Part shown: in pieces, positions 1 to 12,286 of the stretch
Layout: every line of letters starts with the position of its first letter
Numbering within the stretch: the first letter of the stretch is position 1
Source of the DNA: Rozella allomycis CSF55
Lineage: Eukaryota
Assembly (NCBI GenBank): GCA_000442015.1
Contig: KE560848.1
Coordinates: forward strand, 123,603 to 143,602
Direction: 5' to 3'
Length of the DNA: 20,000 nucleotides
The notes under the pieces: generated by a model
What the model was told of the DNA's origin: nothing
Databases searched by the model: none
What the model saw: only the letters and a program-made list of their open reading frames with translations
Position numbers and translations under genes: made by a program

Positions 1-3000
1 AGTGAATATGAGAAATTAGAAGCGATATTGGACGAGATAAATGAAAAAATGCGAACGATTGAAGAAGAATTGAAGAGTTTGAATGACGTTTTGGAAAAGA
101 CTAGAGAAGAATCTATAGAGTTGAATGAAAAGCATATGTCTTTGATTAATGAAAGAAATTCTTTATTGAAAATGATTAACAATTTGCAAGAACAATTGGA
201 AGAGAGAGAAAGAGTCATTGTAAAGTTGGAGAATGAAATTGAAGCAAACAATAAAAGAATGATAGGTGAGATGGATAAAATGAATCAAGAGGCAAAAATA
301 AAACAAATTGAAATGAAAAATTATTATGAATCTTTCTTGTCACAGAAAGATTCAGAAATTCAAAACATTATCAATGCTGCCAAGAAAGAAACCAAAGAAA
401 AGTCTACAAATACTTTGAATAAAGTAATGCAACAAGATTCAAGTGAAGATCAACGTTTGGAATTGTTGGCAGATTATCAAATTGAAATTAAATTGAAAGA
501 TTGCAAGATCAATGACCAAGAACTGGAAATAAAAGAAATCAAACAAGAAAATGTTAAATTCAGAGAGGAATTAATTCAGTCAAGAGCTGCTGTTGAATCA
601 TCCAATTCAATAAATCAATCGCAGGTTGAAAAGATGAAAGAAATCCAAAATTCGTTTAATGAATTATCGAAAAAGTACACTCAATTGTTGAAAGAAAGGA
701 CAAATTTAGAATTTGATTTTGAGCAACACAGGATTGACAAGGGCAAACTAGAAAACGTAACATCTCAGTTAAACAAGGAAAATGAATATATAAAGAATCA
801 GATAAACGATTTGCAAAAAGAAAGAGAAATTTTGCATAACGAGTTTGTTAATTCAAAGAATCAAGTTTCTTCTTTATACGCCGTGAAGCAGGATATGGAC
901 GCATTGTTGGAATTCAAAGAGATCACTTATCAATCTTCCATAAAAGATATGGAAAACAAGATTAATGAAGCATATCAGTTGATTGAAAGCAAAGAATCTA
1001 GAATAAAATTACTGGAAGAGTCCATAACGCAATTGCAAATGTCTTTAGACTCTAAAACACAGATGCAACCAACGAGTGTTCCAATAGACGCATCAATCTT
1101 TGTGCAGCAAGAGGAGATGGTTGTTAAATTGTCTGAAATGACGCTGCTGAATTATTCTTTAGAAGACAAGATCGATTCACTAAAGTTGAAGATTGCGAAT
1201 ATGGCAACAACAGTGCATGAATACGAAGACAGAGGAAAGGTTTTAATTGAAAAGATTGAGAAATTGATGGAAGAAAAGAAGATGCTGAAAAGGAATATTG
1301 CTGATTTGGAAATTTCATTGGACCAATCAAGGAATGTGATTGAAAAGGACAAAAGAGAGATTCAGCGGCTGGAAGTGGCGGTGTTTGAATTGAATGAGAA
1401 TTTTAGTGTGGTAAATAAACGAGTTGGCGAGGTTGAGTTTATGTATTATGAAAAGACGAGAGAATGTGATTTGCTTGGAGTTGAGATTGTTAGAGGGAGG
1501 GAAGAAAAGGAGAGAATTTTTAATGAAAATAGAATTGTAGAAGAAGAGTTGAAGGAAAGAATTGCAAAGGAAGTGGAGAATGTTAAGGGGTTGCAGAGTG
1601 AGATTGAAAAGATTAAGAGTGAAAAGTTGAGTGTTTTGCAAGAGAATCAAAATTTAGTGTTTGAGAAGAATGTTTTGGAGAGTAATGCGAGGGAGTTGAA
1701 TGAAATGAATGAGATTTTGAATAAATCGTTGGAAGAAACTAGAAGTTTATTAAAAAAGCAAGCTGAAAAGAATATTGAAGAGAGAGATCATGTAAGTGGA
1801 GATAGAGTTGAAGTGTATAAAGATAGAGATGAAGTCTTTGGAATGATAAAAATTATAGAAAAAGAAAGAGATGAGATTCAAAATCATTTAAATAAAGCTG
1901 AATTAAAGATTCATGAATTGGAATTGAAGGGCCATGAAAGGGAAATGGAATTTCAATTATTAAGAGAAAGTTTGTTTAAACAACAAGAAGAATCAAAATT
2001 GTTAAAAGAAGAAATAAATGAAAAGGAAGAATCTTTAATTAAACTAGAAAATTCATTGAAAGAAAATGAATTGATTAACAAAAATCTAAAAATAGAAATT
2101 GAAGAAAAAGAAATTGAAAGAAACAAAATGATGAAAGAATTGAATAGCTTTAAACAGATTAATGAAAATTTACAGAATAGATTTGAAAAGATTGAAATTG
2201 AAAATGAAAGAATGAAGATTGAGAACAAAACAATTAATGAAAAGAATACAAGATTAAATAAAGAAATTAATAATTTAGAAAAGAGAAATGAAATATTACA
2301 TTTAGATTTAAAAGAGAAGAATCTAATTTTAGCCAATCAAGAAAAGGAAATTTCCAGAATAAAGGAATTGGAGAATACTGTAAAAGAAAATGAAGAATTA
2401 ATAAATTCATTAAAGAATGACAATTCTAATTTGAAACGAGAGAAAGAAGAAGGTGAAAAGATGGTAAAAGCGTTGAAAAACGAAAAGAATGAGCTAAATC
2501 ACAATTTGGAAATTTCAGAAACAGAAATTGAATCATTAAAGAATGAAATTAATTCGTCTAAAGTGACAATTGAAGAAATAATTAAAGAAATGAAAATTGT
2601 TAAAAATGAAAATGAAACATTTCAAAAACAAATCAATGTTTATAAAGAGGGTGAAGAATTGTTAAAAAAGTCTCTAGACAATGGCATTAAAGTTGATGAA
2701 CTAACAAGATTGTTGCAATCAAAGTTGATTGAGAAGCAAACTAGAATAGAAGAATTGAATCTTCAAGTAATCAAAGTTGAGAATGAAAATGAATCTTTAA
2801 GAAATGAATTAAAGGCTTTGAATGTGAAACATGAAAAAGAAATGATTGAATTTGTTAATGAAAAGGAAGAGATTAAAAGAAACAGAAAAGATTTAAAAGA
2901 TTTGAAAAAAGTTGTAGATGAATTGAATAGAATAATTAAAGATCAAAATGAATTGATAATAAAGAGAAATGAAAATGAGAGAATAAAACTCCAAGAAATT

Positions 3001-6000
3001 ACAAATGTGTTGAATGAAAGAGAAGAAGAAAATAGAGTGATTAAAAATAGATTAAAAGTAAAAGAAGAAATGGTTGAAAAATTGTTAAATGAAAAGGATG
3101 AAATAGAAAATAGTTTGAAAAGGAAGAATGAAACTATTCAAGGGTTTGAAAATGAAAATATTGATTTGAAGATAGAAATTGAATTGATAATTAAAGAAAA
3201 AGAAGATTATGAAAAAAAGATTAAGGACTTGAAAGGAAGAGATGAATTGAATAGATTAGAATTGAAAGAAAAGAATCATAGAATTTTGGAGTTGGAAAAT
3301 GAATTAAAGTATTTAAAGGAAACTATTTGTAAGAATGAAAAAGATTTGAATGAAATGAATAAGAAAATAATAAATCTAGAAAATGAAAATGCTGAGATTG
3401 AAAATGAAATGAAAAAGATTAAGATTGAAAATAAAGAAAAAGTAGAGGAATTGAATAAAGAAATTTCAATTAAAGAGAATTTAAGAATTAAAGAATTTGA
3501 AGAAAAAGAAAATTCAATTTCTAAAAATAGATTATTAGAAAATGAATTGAATCTTATTAAAGAAGAATTAAAAGGAATTGAAAAATTAAGAATCGAGTTG
3601 GTTGAAAAGTCTGCAAAGATAAATGAATTGGAAATAGAGATTAATGATAAGAATGATGCTATTTTAGAATTGAATAGAAATATTTTACATTTTCAAAACT
3701 TGATTGTTCAATTAGAAAAAGATAAAATTGAATCACTAAAAGACAATGTAGAAAAAGTTGAAATTGAGATGGAAGCATCAAGTCAAGATATGGCAATACA
3801 AACAGAAGTAGGTGAAAATATTATTAAAGTTGCTTCAGCTGATAATGGAACTGATGATAACAAAAGTAATTATTCAACAATTGATATAGTAGATAACTCT
3901 AATACAACAAATGATTCAATGCTTGCTTCAAATGCTTATATTTCTAATAAACAAATTGTAGAATTGGAATTGAAATTGAATCAAGTTTCAGAATTGAATT
4001 TGGAGTTGATTAAATCTAAAAATGAATTACAAAATGAAATAGAAAATCTTGAATTAAAAATCAACAAGGAATCAGATCTTAACATGAATTTAGTTGAAGT
4101 GAATAAATCTCTTAATGAATCATACAAAGAATTGTTAATGAAATTGCATGATGTTGAGTCTCACAATGCAGATAAAACAAATCAAATAGAATTACTTAAA
4201 GTTAGAATAAATGAAATAGAAAATGAATTAAAAATTAAAGATTCAGAAAATTCAAATCTAGAAAATAACTTTCAAAATCAACAAAAAGAATTCCTGAATT
4301 TATTAAACAGTGAAAAAAAAGAGTTAAATTATGCTTTAGAAAATAAGAATAAAAAGATTATTGAATTAGAAACTGTTTTAAATGCATTAACAATAAATAT
4401 TCAAGATATTTCAAAATTATTACAAAAATCTAATCTAGAAAGTGGCTTGGTTATTCAATCTAAAAATAATTTAGAAATTCAATTGGCAGAAAATGAAAAA
4501 GAATTAATAAAATTGAAACAAGAAATAAAAGAAAAACAATCTGAATTTGAATTGTTAGAAAATGAACGTTTAAGAAATAAAAATGTTATTAATGAAATGA
4601 AGATGAAATGTTTAAATCTTGAAACAGAACATTTGAAAAACGTAAAACAATTTGAAGATGAAATTGAAAACCTTAAACTGTCTAATGAATTAATAAAAGA
4701 GAAGCTGAATGTTTCAAATGAGAAAGAGTCCAACGTTACAAATCTAGCCATTCAAATTCAGGGGTTGCAACAAGATTTATTAAAACAAGGAAAAGATTTA
4801 AATAATTTAAAAAATGAAAACAATAAATTAAATAAATTGATAATCAAAGAAAAAGAAAATAAATATCATCTTCAAAGTCAACTACAGAATATTTTAAACA
4901 GCAAACAACTTTTAGAAGATGAAATGAAATTAGTTGTGCATGAAAAAGAATCAGCAATAAAAGATGTAAATAAACTATCTTTACAACTGAATGAGACCAA
5001 GTCAGAATTCTTGAATAAGATTCTAGAATTAAACAAGATTAAATTAGATTATGAAAATGAATTTATTAAACACCAAAATCAAATTAAAGAATTATTAAAA
5101 GAAAAGGAAAATTTAAAGTCTTTGAACGAAATGATACTGACCAAGTTGAAACAAGAGCAATCAGAGAATTCTTTAATTACAAAGAGTGGAAACAAACAAA
5201 ATGAATTGGAATTTCAATTTGAAAAAATTTATAAAGAAAATGAAAAGTTGTTGAAAGAGAATTCTGTTTTATTGGAAAACGTTAAAGAATTAAAGATTGA
5301 AATTTCTGAATCTAAAAATAGAAACGAAGAATTAGAAAATGAAGAAATTGAAAAGGATTCAATAATTGTTGAGTTGAAAGACATTAATAAAAGATTAAAT
5401 GATAAAGTTGAAGAATATAAAGAAGAAATAAAGGATTATCAAATTCAAATAAATCAATTTAAACAAGATATTAATACGTTAAATGAAAGGATTGTAAAGA
5501 TTGAAGATGCAACTGAAAATTACAAATTAGAAATTACAAGGGTAATCGATGAAAAGGAAAAGGAAATTGAAAAGCTTGTTAATGAATATGAGAAAATAGA
5601 TGAAAAGAGTAAATGCTTAGTTGGAGAAATGGAAATAATTTCCAATGAAAATGTTAAGCTCTTAAATGAAAATAATTTGTTAATGAAAGTAGTAAAGGAA
5701 CTAGAAGAGAGAATAAAATTATATGAAAAGATGGAATCCAATTTCTTTAATGAAAGGAGCGAATTGATTAATGAAATTCAAGAGAGCAGACAAAAGATTA
5801 AAGAGTATTTGAATCAAGATATCCAACTAACTATAGTTAGTGAACCCCTTATAGTTGAACAAAGAGTTGAAGAGAGAGTAGAAGAGAAAAGTATTGAATT
5901 GAAAGATGAAAATGTTCAGACAATGGTTAATTCATCTGAAATTGAACAATTAATAATTCAATTAGAATCTGTTACAGCTGAAAAGGAATATATACAAGTA

Positions 6001-9000
6001 GTGTTGAATGAAAGAAACAATAAAATTTCAGAGTTGGTTGATGAAATTGAATCATTAAAACCATCTGTTCCAATAAAGCAAGACGTTAAAAGTGTTCCTG
6101 CTTTTCAAATGAAAGATAAAGATAATCTCGTTGAAATATTGGAAAATGAAATCAAAGTAATGCAATCGTCAACTTTTCATTGTAGATTAAATCAGAAGAA
6201 ATCGAGTCTTTGAAGAAAGCTATTGAAATTCAATATCAAATAAATGAAACTCTTAAATTACAAAATGAAACACCTCAAGTTAACCATCCTGAAATTGACC
6301 AATTAAAATCTGAAATAAACTCTCTAAAGTTTGAATTGGATGCAAAAGAAAAAGATATTAAATCAATGAGGAATAATTATGAACATGAGTTGGATAGATT
6401 AAAGATGGATATCCATAATCTTCAAAATGAACTATCTGATAAAGAATTGGCATTTAAAAAGAAGATTGAATTAAAAGAAAGTGAAATTTTAACTTTAATG
6501 TTACAAAAGAGAAAAATTGAAGAATCTTTTAAAGAATTTGAATTGAGATCAATGGAGACTATTAAAGATCTTTCAGAAAAGAATGAAATTTTAATGAATG
6601 AGAATGGAGAGTTGATAAAGTATAAAATTAATCAAGAGAATCTATTGAAAGAGATTGAAAAGTTGGAAAACATTTTGGAAAATGAAGTTGAAAAGAAAAG
6701 TGAACTTGATACTGTCAAAAAGGATGAATTACATGAAAGGAATAAAAATAATTTCAAAATGGATTTGGTGGATTTGGCAGTTAAAAAGTTTAATATTATT
6801 CTACAATTAAAACAACAAGAATTTAGTTCAAAAGTTGAATCTTTAAATAAAATAAATCAATTCAATCAAGAAGAAATAAATTCAATTCAAAGTCAATTAA
6901 AATCAAAAATAAAAGAAAATGAAGATTTAAATTTAGAGTTTAATCTATACAAATCTCAAAGTGGCACTCAAATTAAAGATTTGAATTTAAAAGTTACAAA
7001 TCTAAAAGAAGAAATGAAATCATTGAAATTGAAGTGTTTGGAATTAGAAAATTTGAATAATTCGTTAAATCTTAATCTATTGGATTCAGCAACATCACTA
7101 GAGAAAAAGACTTTGGAGCTTAAAGCATTGCAAAATGAGCTTTCTACTAAGATTGATGAAATGAATGTTCTAAACATCAAATTATTGCAACTAGAGTCAA
7201 TTCCTGAGTTATTGAAATTAGAAAATAATAAATTAAATGAAATCAATTTAGAATTGAAAAATAACGTTGAAATTGGGAATGAAAAGATTAAGAATTACAT
7301 TTTGGAAATTTCAGAATTAAAGACTAGGGTTGATCAGTTGACGAGAGAGAATGAATCTTTAAAAGAATTGAATGGATTACATATAGAAATGTGTGATAAG
7401 TATAACAAATTGGTTAAAGAAAAGGAATCCTTGTTGATAACAATTGACCAGTAATAATATTTGAATGCCTCACATAGGTTAAATGAGAAAGAACAGGAAT
7501 TGAAGAGAATCATTAAAGATTTAGAGGTTCAATATGATGAAGAAAAGAATCAATTTGAAATGAAATTTAGTGAATGCAGAAATGAACTATTAAAAGCTAA
7601 ACAAGAATATTCAACATTAGTGGAAAAGAATCAGCTTGATGAAGCAATGATTGAACAACTGAATCTCAATAATAAAATACTAAATGAAACAATCCAATTA
7701 AAATCCACTGAATTTAAAAAAATTCATGATGAATTGAATGGAAACCTTTTGGAAGTCAATGAACGCTTGAACAATTCAAATATTGAAATTAACTTACTAA
7801 AAGTGAAATTGAATGAAAAATTGAATGAAATTGATAAACAGAAAACAGAAAATGAAGAATTGGAAATTTCACAGGCAAAGAATTTGGAATTGATAAAGAA
7901 AACAACTGATGCATTGCAAGTGGCGATTGCAGATAATAATGATCATAAAACAAGGGTGGAAGATTTGAGTAGAATAAAGAATGAAATGGAAATGGAGTTA
8001 AAATGTAAGGCTGTTCAACTTGACCAAGTGAATGTTGAATTGAAAGAGAATAGTGAAAAATGCAGCGAGTATTTGATAAAGATGAAGAGTTTCAAAAAAG
8101 AGTTGGATGAGATTGAGTTTAAATTTGGGGTTTCTAATAAAGAGAATAATGAATTGAGATTGGAGAATGGGAAAATGAATGTAGAAAGCTTGAAATTGAA
8201 AGAAGATAAAGAATTGATTGAGAATGAATTAAAGTTGCTGAAAATAGATTTTGCTGAATGTTTGAATGATTTTGGCAAGTTGAAGAATGAAAAGGAGAGT
8301 AATGAAGGGAGATTGAGTGAATTGGAGAAGCAAGTTGAAGAAAAGAATGAAATATTGTTAATGCTGACAAATAAGAATAAGTGTTTGGAAGAAGAGAATT
8401 TAGTTTTGAAGAAAGAAAAGATTGAAAATGAGAATGAAATGCAGGGGTTGAATAATGAAATTTCTGAATTGAAGAGAGAGATTGAATTGATTGAAAATAA
8501 ATTGAATGACTCTTTAATGAATAAAATAGAATTGAATAAAAGAGTAGAATATCTAGAAAAAGAGTTTAATGAATCTAATGAGCAATTGAAGAGAACTGGC
8601 ATTGTTTGTGAGCATGTTAAAGGAGAAGCTAAACTATTGATGGCACGTTTGAAGAGTCAAGAAGCGATAAACTTTCAACTAGAACAAGAGAAATCCAAGC
8701 TAGAAGATTCATTTAATGAAAAGAGGTGTGAATTAATGAATGAATTGGAGACATTCAAATTGATAAAAGCGAGTTATGAAAAAGATTTGTTATTTTTGGA
8801 GAATAAAGTTAAATCTCAAATTTTAGTTATTAATGAAAAATCTAAAACTATTTATAGATTGGAAGAATTGGTTGAATTTTATGAAAAGAAGAATGAAGAA
8901 ATTAAAGAAGAATTGGAAAAGATTAAAGGATGGTATTTGAAAAAGAAGAGTGAGAATAATGAATTGGAAATTTTGTATTTGAATAAATTTCATAATTTGT

Positions 9001-10895
9001 TGAATCAAGTGAACAAGGAGAAGTTAGAAGTCAAGGATTTTAAAGTAGACGAAATCAAAGATGTAAAAGTAGAAGATTTCAAAGAGTTTAAAGCTGATGA
9101 TGTAAAAGTTGAAGAGTCATTGTTGTTGAATAATCAAAGGAAATTGGAAATAGAAGAATTAAACGATTCAATTGAACTAAAAGATAAAAGAATAAATAAA
9201 TTAGAATTTGAAATAAAAGATTTAAAGAATGAATTAGAGAAATTTGAAAACGAATTAAAAGTGAAAAATAAAAGTGAAATTGAATCTAAAAATAGAATTG
9301 AAATTTTAGAAAATTTATTAGAAAAATCAGAAAAGAAGAATGAAGAAAGTTTGAAGATTATTCTTGAAATGAATCAACTTCCTTTTGATTATTTAAATGA
9401 AATTAAATTGAAAGATGAAGAAATTAAGAAATTGACATTAATCATTGGAGAGACAAAGTTAAAGAGGGTTGAATTGGTTAATGAACAAGTAAAGGAACAA
9501 GTAAAGGAAAAGGTATCTAATGAAACAACTAAAGAAGTTGATGAATCAGCTAAGGATAAAGTATCAAATAGGGAAGAAGGATTGAAAAGAGATGTTTTAC
9601 TTGGCAATAAAAATGTTTCACTTACTAATAAAGAAACTTCACTTGAAGAATATAAAATGGCTGTTTATAGAGCTAATAAAGAATTGAGACAATGGATTGA
9701 AAGAAAGAAATTGACTAGACTTTTGCCAGTCTCATTAAACAAAAAAGATGATTTAAATAGTTTAATAGAAGAATTGCTTACTCTACATCAAACTATTTAT
9801 GATTCAATTGGATTTTCTAATAAAAGAATAGAAAAGGAATATCCAGATTTAATTGCTCAAATTAACACTCAACAAGAATTAATCAAAAATTATCAACTTC
9901 AAATCACTCTTCAACAAGATGACATTATTTCTCTTTCTAATCAAATAAATTCTTTAAAATCTTCTGTAAATGAAAATCCACTTTGGTTTAAAGAAAAATT
10001 AATTCTCTTGAATCAAATTGAGACCTTTAAAGAGAAAATGGATTCAAATGATAATAATCAATGTTTAAGTAATTCTTCTGTTAATAATTCTAATGATGCT
10101 CTCTACAATACTTTTAATAAGATGTTTAAAAATATTATTCCTATTGATTCTGATTTAAATAAATCATTTTCGCTTCTTTATCAATTCATTAATAAACTCA
10201 AAAGTGAATTAAATTCTTTACAAAATGAAAACAACAAGAAACAATCTCAAATTGATTTTCTTTCTAAATCTTTAAATTCAATTCAACTAGAAAATAAAAA
10301 TTTAAACAATAAAATTGATTCTTTAAATATTGAAATACTAAATGGTTTGAAATCAACTAAAACAAAAGGTGATGTTAAAGAAGAGTCAACTATCAAAGAT
10401 GTAGATGAATTGTCGCCCTTAAAAGAAGAAACAGAATCTTCATCATCAAATCTATTGGATAAGTATACGTCTGAAATAGAAATATTAAATTCTCTTAGAT
10501 TAAATCTTTTGAAACAAAATCAACAACTTTCAATCAAACTTTCTGAACAAGATAAAATAATCAATCACTTGTCAATTCAATTAAACCAAATCCCTCTCTT
10601 AAACACTCAAATAAATGCTCTACAATCACATTCGTCAAATCTAAACAACAAAATCAATATTATCATATCCTCTATTCATTCCATTCTATCATATCATTTT
10701 AACTTAGAAGTCACAGAAAATAATATTGATGAACTATTCTCTATACTTGAATCACAAATTGAAAATATTAAATCTGAATCAAACACCTGCAAACAGCAAC
10801 TACAAAATTCATTTGTCCAAGTAGACGTCTGGAAAAATCATTACGATCAACAAAAGAGGGAAAACTCTCATCTCATCTCTCTTATCACTCAATAA
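1..10895 (+). CDS. Giant coiled-coil protein, 5'-partial; join(<1..6156,6186..7450,7478..10895), >=3612 aa
   Basis: Frame is open from base 1. ORFs 28..6213, 6210..7454 and 7461..10895 join in frame by removing two GT-AG micro-introns (junctions ...ENEIK|IKSEEIESLKK... and ...TIDQ|LNEKEQ...). Uniform E/K/L/N/I-rich heptad composition throughout; no family recognised. Confidence 0.88.
6157..6185 (+). other. 29-nt spliceosomal intron (phase 0)
   Basis: GTAATGCAATCGTCAACTTTTCATTGTAG; removal exactly corrects the frame change between the 2061-aa and 414-aa ORFs. Confidence 0.88.
7451..7477 (+). other. 27-nt spliceosomal intron (phase 2) containing in-frame TAA TAA
   Basis: GTAATAATATTTGAATGCCTCACATAG; removal deletes both stops between two same-frame coiled-coil ORFs. 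Confidence 0.88.
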
Positions 10896-10975
10896 ATGAA
10901 ATCAATTAATCACACTTTATTATCTCATTTAATTTAAATTCTTCAATTGCCTTTAAATTTTTCATTCATCCAATT

Positions 10976-11323
10976 CTAATTCTCATCCTTTTCTTTCCCA
11001 ACACTCTTCTTCAACACATCCATCGCCACATATTTCGACAGCGTCTGCCTCTCCACATTCCGTCTCACCCTCTCAGTCTCCACATACAAATAAATCATCA
11101 TCACCAGCAAACACAGCACCGCCAATACAGGCATCACAACCTGTATCCGCATTCTAAACCCCACACGGTCCAGCTCCCGTATCACACTCGCTTCATCCTC
11201 CCCTCCATCAACAAGATGCGAAAAAATAGGCTCCAAATTTATATTTAAAATCGTAATTAGCATAAAGCATGCAAGAAGACACACAGATACACACACTACT
11301 GGGAATAAATACCGCTTCTTCAT
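10976..11323 (-). CDS. Small two-transmembrane protein (115 aa from first ATG, MKKRYLF...), paralog of 11682..11963
   Basis: Two hydrophobic segments separated by a ~35-aa loop; shares PVLAV and overall spacing with the neighbouring ORF. The ORF track's 11389 start is TTG, so the ATG at 11323 is preferred. Confidence 0.7.
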   Translation of the reverse strand: MKKRYLFPVVCVSVCLLACFMLITILNINLEPIFSHLVDGGEDEASVIRELDRVGFRMRIQVVMPVLAVLCLLVMMIYLYVETERVRRNVERQTLSKYVAMDVLKKSVGKEKDEN

Positions 11324-11478
11324 CAAGATATTTGCGGCTGAGTTTGTAGTTGCAGGGCGTGGTGGGTATGCGTGATCAGGTAATGTCAATTATGGAAATA
11401 TTTGAGATTTTAAAAAGGAAAAGTAAAGCAGTTGCGCTGGTTTAGAAAATGAGGTTAATAATGAAAAATTGTGAAAAA

Positions 11479-11550
11479 TGCCTTCAGGGAGGATTGAACA
11501 CCCGACCTCATGTTTACAAGACATGCGCTCTACCACTGAGCTATGAAGGC
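11479..11550 (-). tRNA. tRNA-Thr(UGU), intronless
   Basis: Reverse complement GCCTTCA TA GCTC AGTGGTA GAGC G CATGT CT-TGT-AA ACATG AGGTC GGGTG TTCAATC CTCCC TGAAGGC A folds as a cloverleaf with anticodon TGT and discriminator A. Confidence 0.96.
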
Positions 11551-11681
11551 TTCGAAGTACTCTTGACAAAGTTAAATTATTTTAAGCATTTATAGCACGG
11601 AAGTATTTATTTAAAATAATGAAAATATCTGGTTTCAAACATTATATCACAAAATATATGCAATTTCAATTCTCCTTCACA

Positions 11682-11963
11682 TCAAGTAGCTGCTTCCTTT
11701 TTTCCCTTCTCAATCCATGTCACCAACTCTCTAAACTGGTAAACAACCGAAACAACCAAAATGAACACTGCCAAAACAGGATACGTCAATTCAACATGCA
11801 GCCTCATCACCAACTGGTTATATGCCCGCATCACATTTTCTCTATTGTTTTGTATCGCGTGTCTCAGTATCGCAAAGCCTGTAGTGTTTATGTGAACGGC
11901 TATGAAAATTATTGTTAATAGTATAACAGAGGAAATGTATAGGTATAGCTTGTTTCGCTGCAT
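11682..11963 (-). CDS. Small two-transmembrane protein (93 aa), paralog of 10976..11323
   Basis: ATG preceded by an A-run; TM1 LYLYISSVILLTIIFIAV and TM2 YPVLAVFILVVSVVY; aligns by eye to the neighbour. Confidence 0.7.
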   Translation of the reverse strand: MQRNKLYLYISSVILLTIIFIAVHINTTGFAILRHAIQNNRENVMRAYNQLVMRLHVELTYPVLAVFILVVSVVYQFRELVTWIEKGKKEAAT

Positions 11964-12286
11964 TTTTTTGGCAGATTTGGGTGGCGTGGCGGTTTGATCA
12001 AGAAATATATAGGACTTTAATTGGATTGAAAAAAAGATGAAATTTTAGTTAATAGTTGTTATCTAGCCATGTAGAAATATATTTGAGAATTGAGATTTTA
12101 AATCTTTGGTTCATCAAGGACGAGGGATAATTGTAGGGGACGAAAAACCTATCCAATCTTCGAAAGGATTAAATCAATAATTCAATTGCAATATTAGTAT
12201 TAGCAAAATAGTAAATAGAAAGAGTGGTAATCTGAATTTTTAGAATTGCATAATCCCAAATTGGCAAAAAATCAACTGGTATTATC

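Noticed and set aside
6150-6213. Programmed frameshift or prokaryote-style overlapping genes at the 6210/6213 overlap
   Set aside because: A 29-nt GTAA...TAG intron explains the frame change exactly; the downstream start is only TTG.
7452-7457. Stop-codon reassignment (TAA/TAG=Gln) or readthrough linking same-frame ORFs
   Set aside because: Thousands of codons contain no internal TAA/TAG, genes end in TAA, and each internal stop lies inside a GT-AG micro-intron.
9030-9115. Short KVxDFK/EVKD repeats (also EQVKEQVKEKV near 9483)
   Set aside because: Ordinary low-complexity micro-duplications within a coding linker.
1124-9607. Numerous F/S/L/I-rich minus-strand ORFs
   Set aside because: Antisense shadows of the E/K/N-rich coiled-coil gene.
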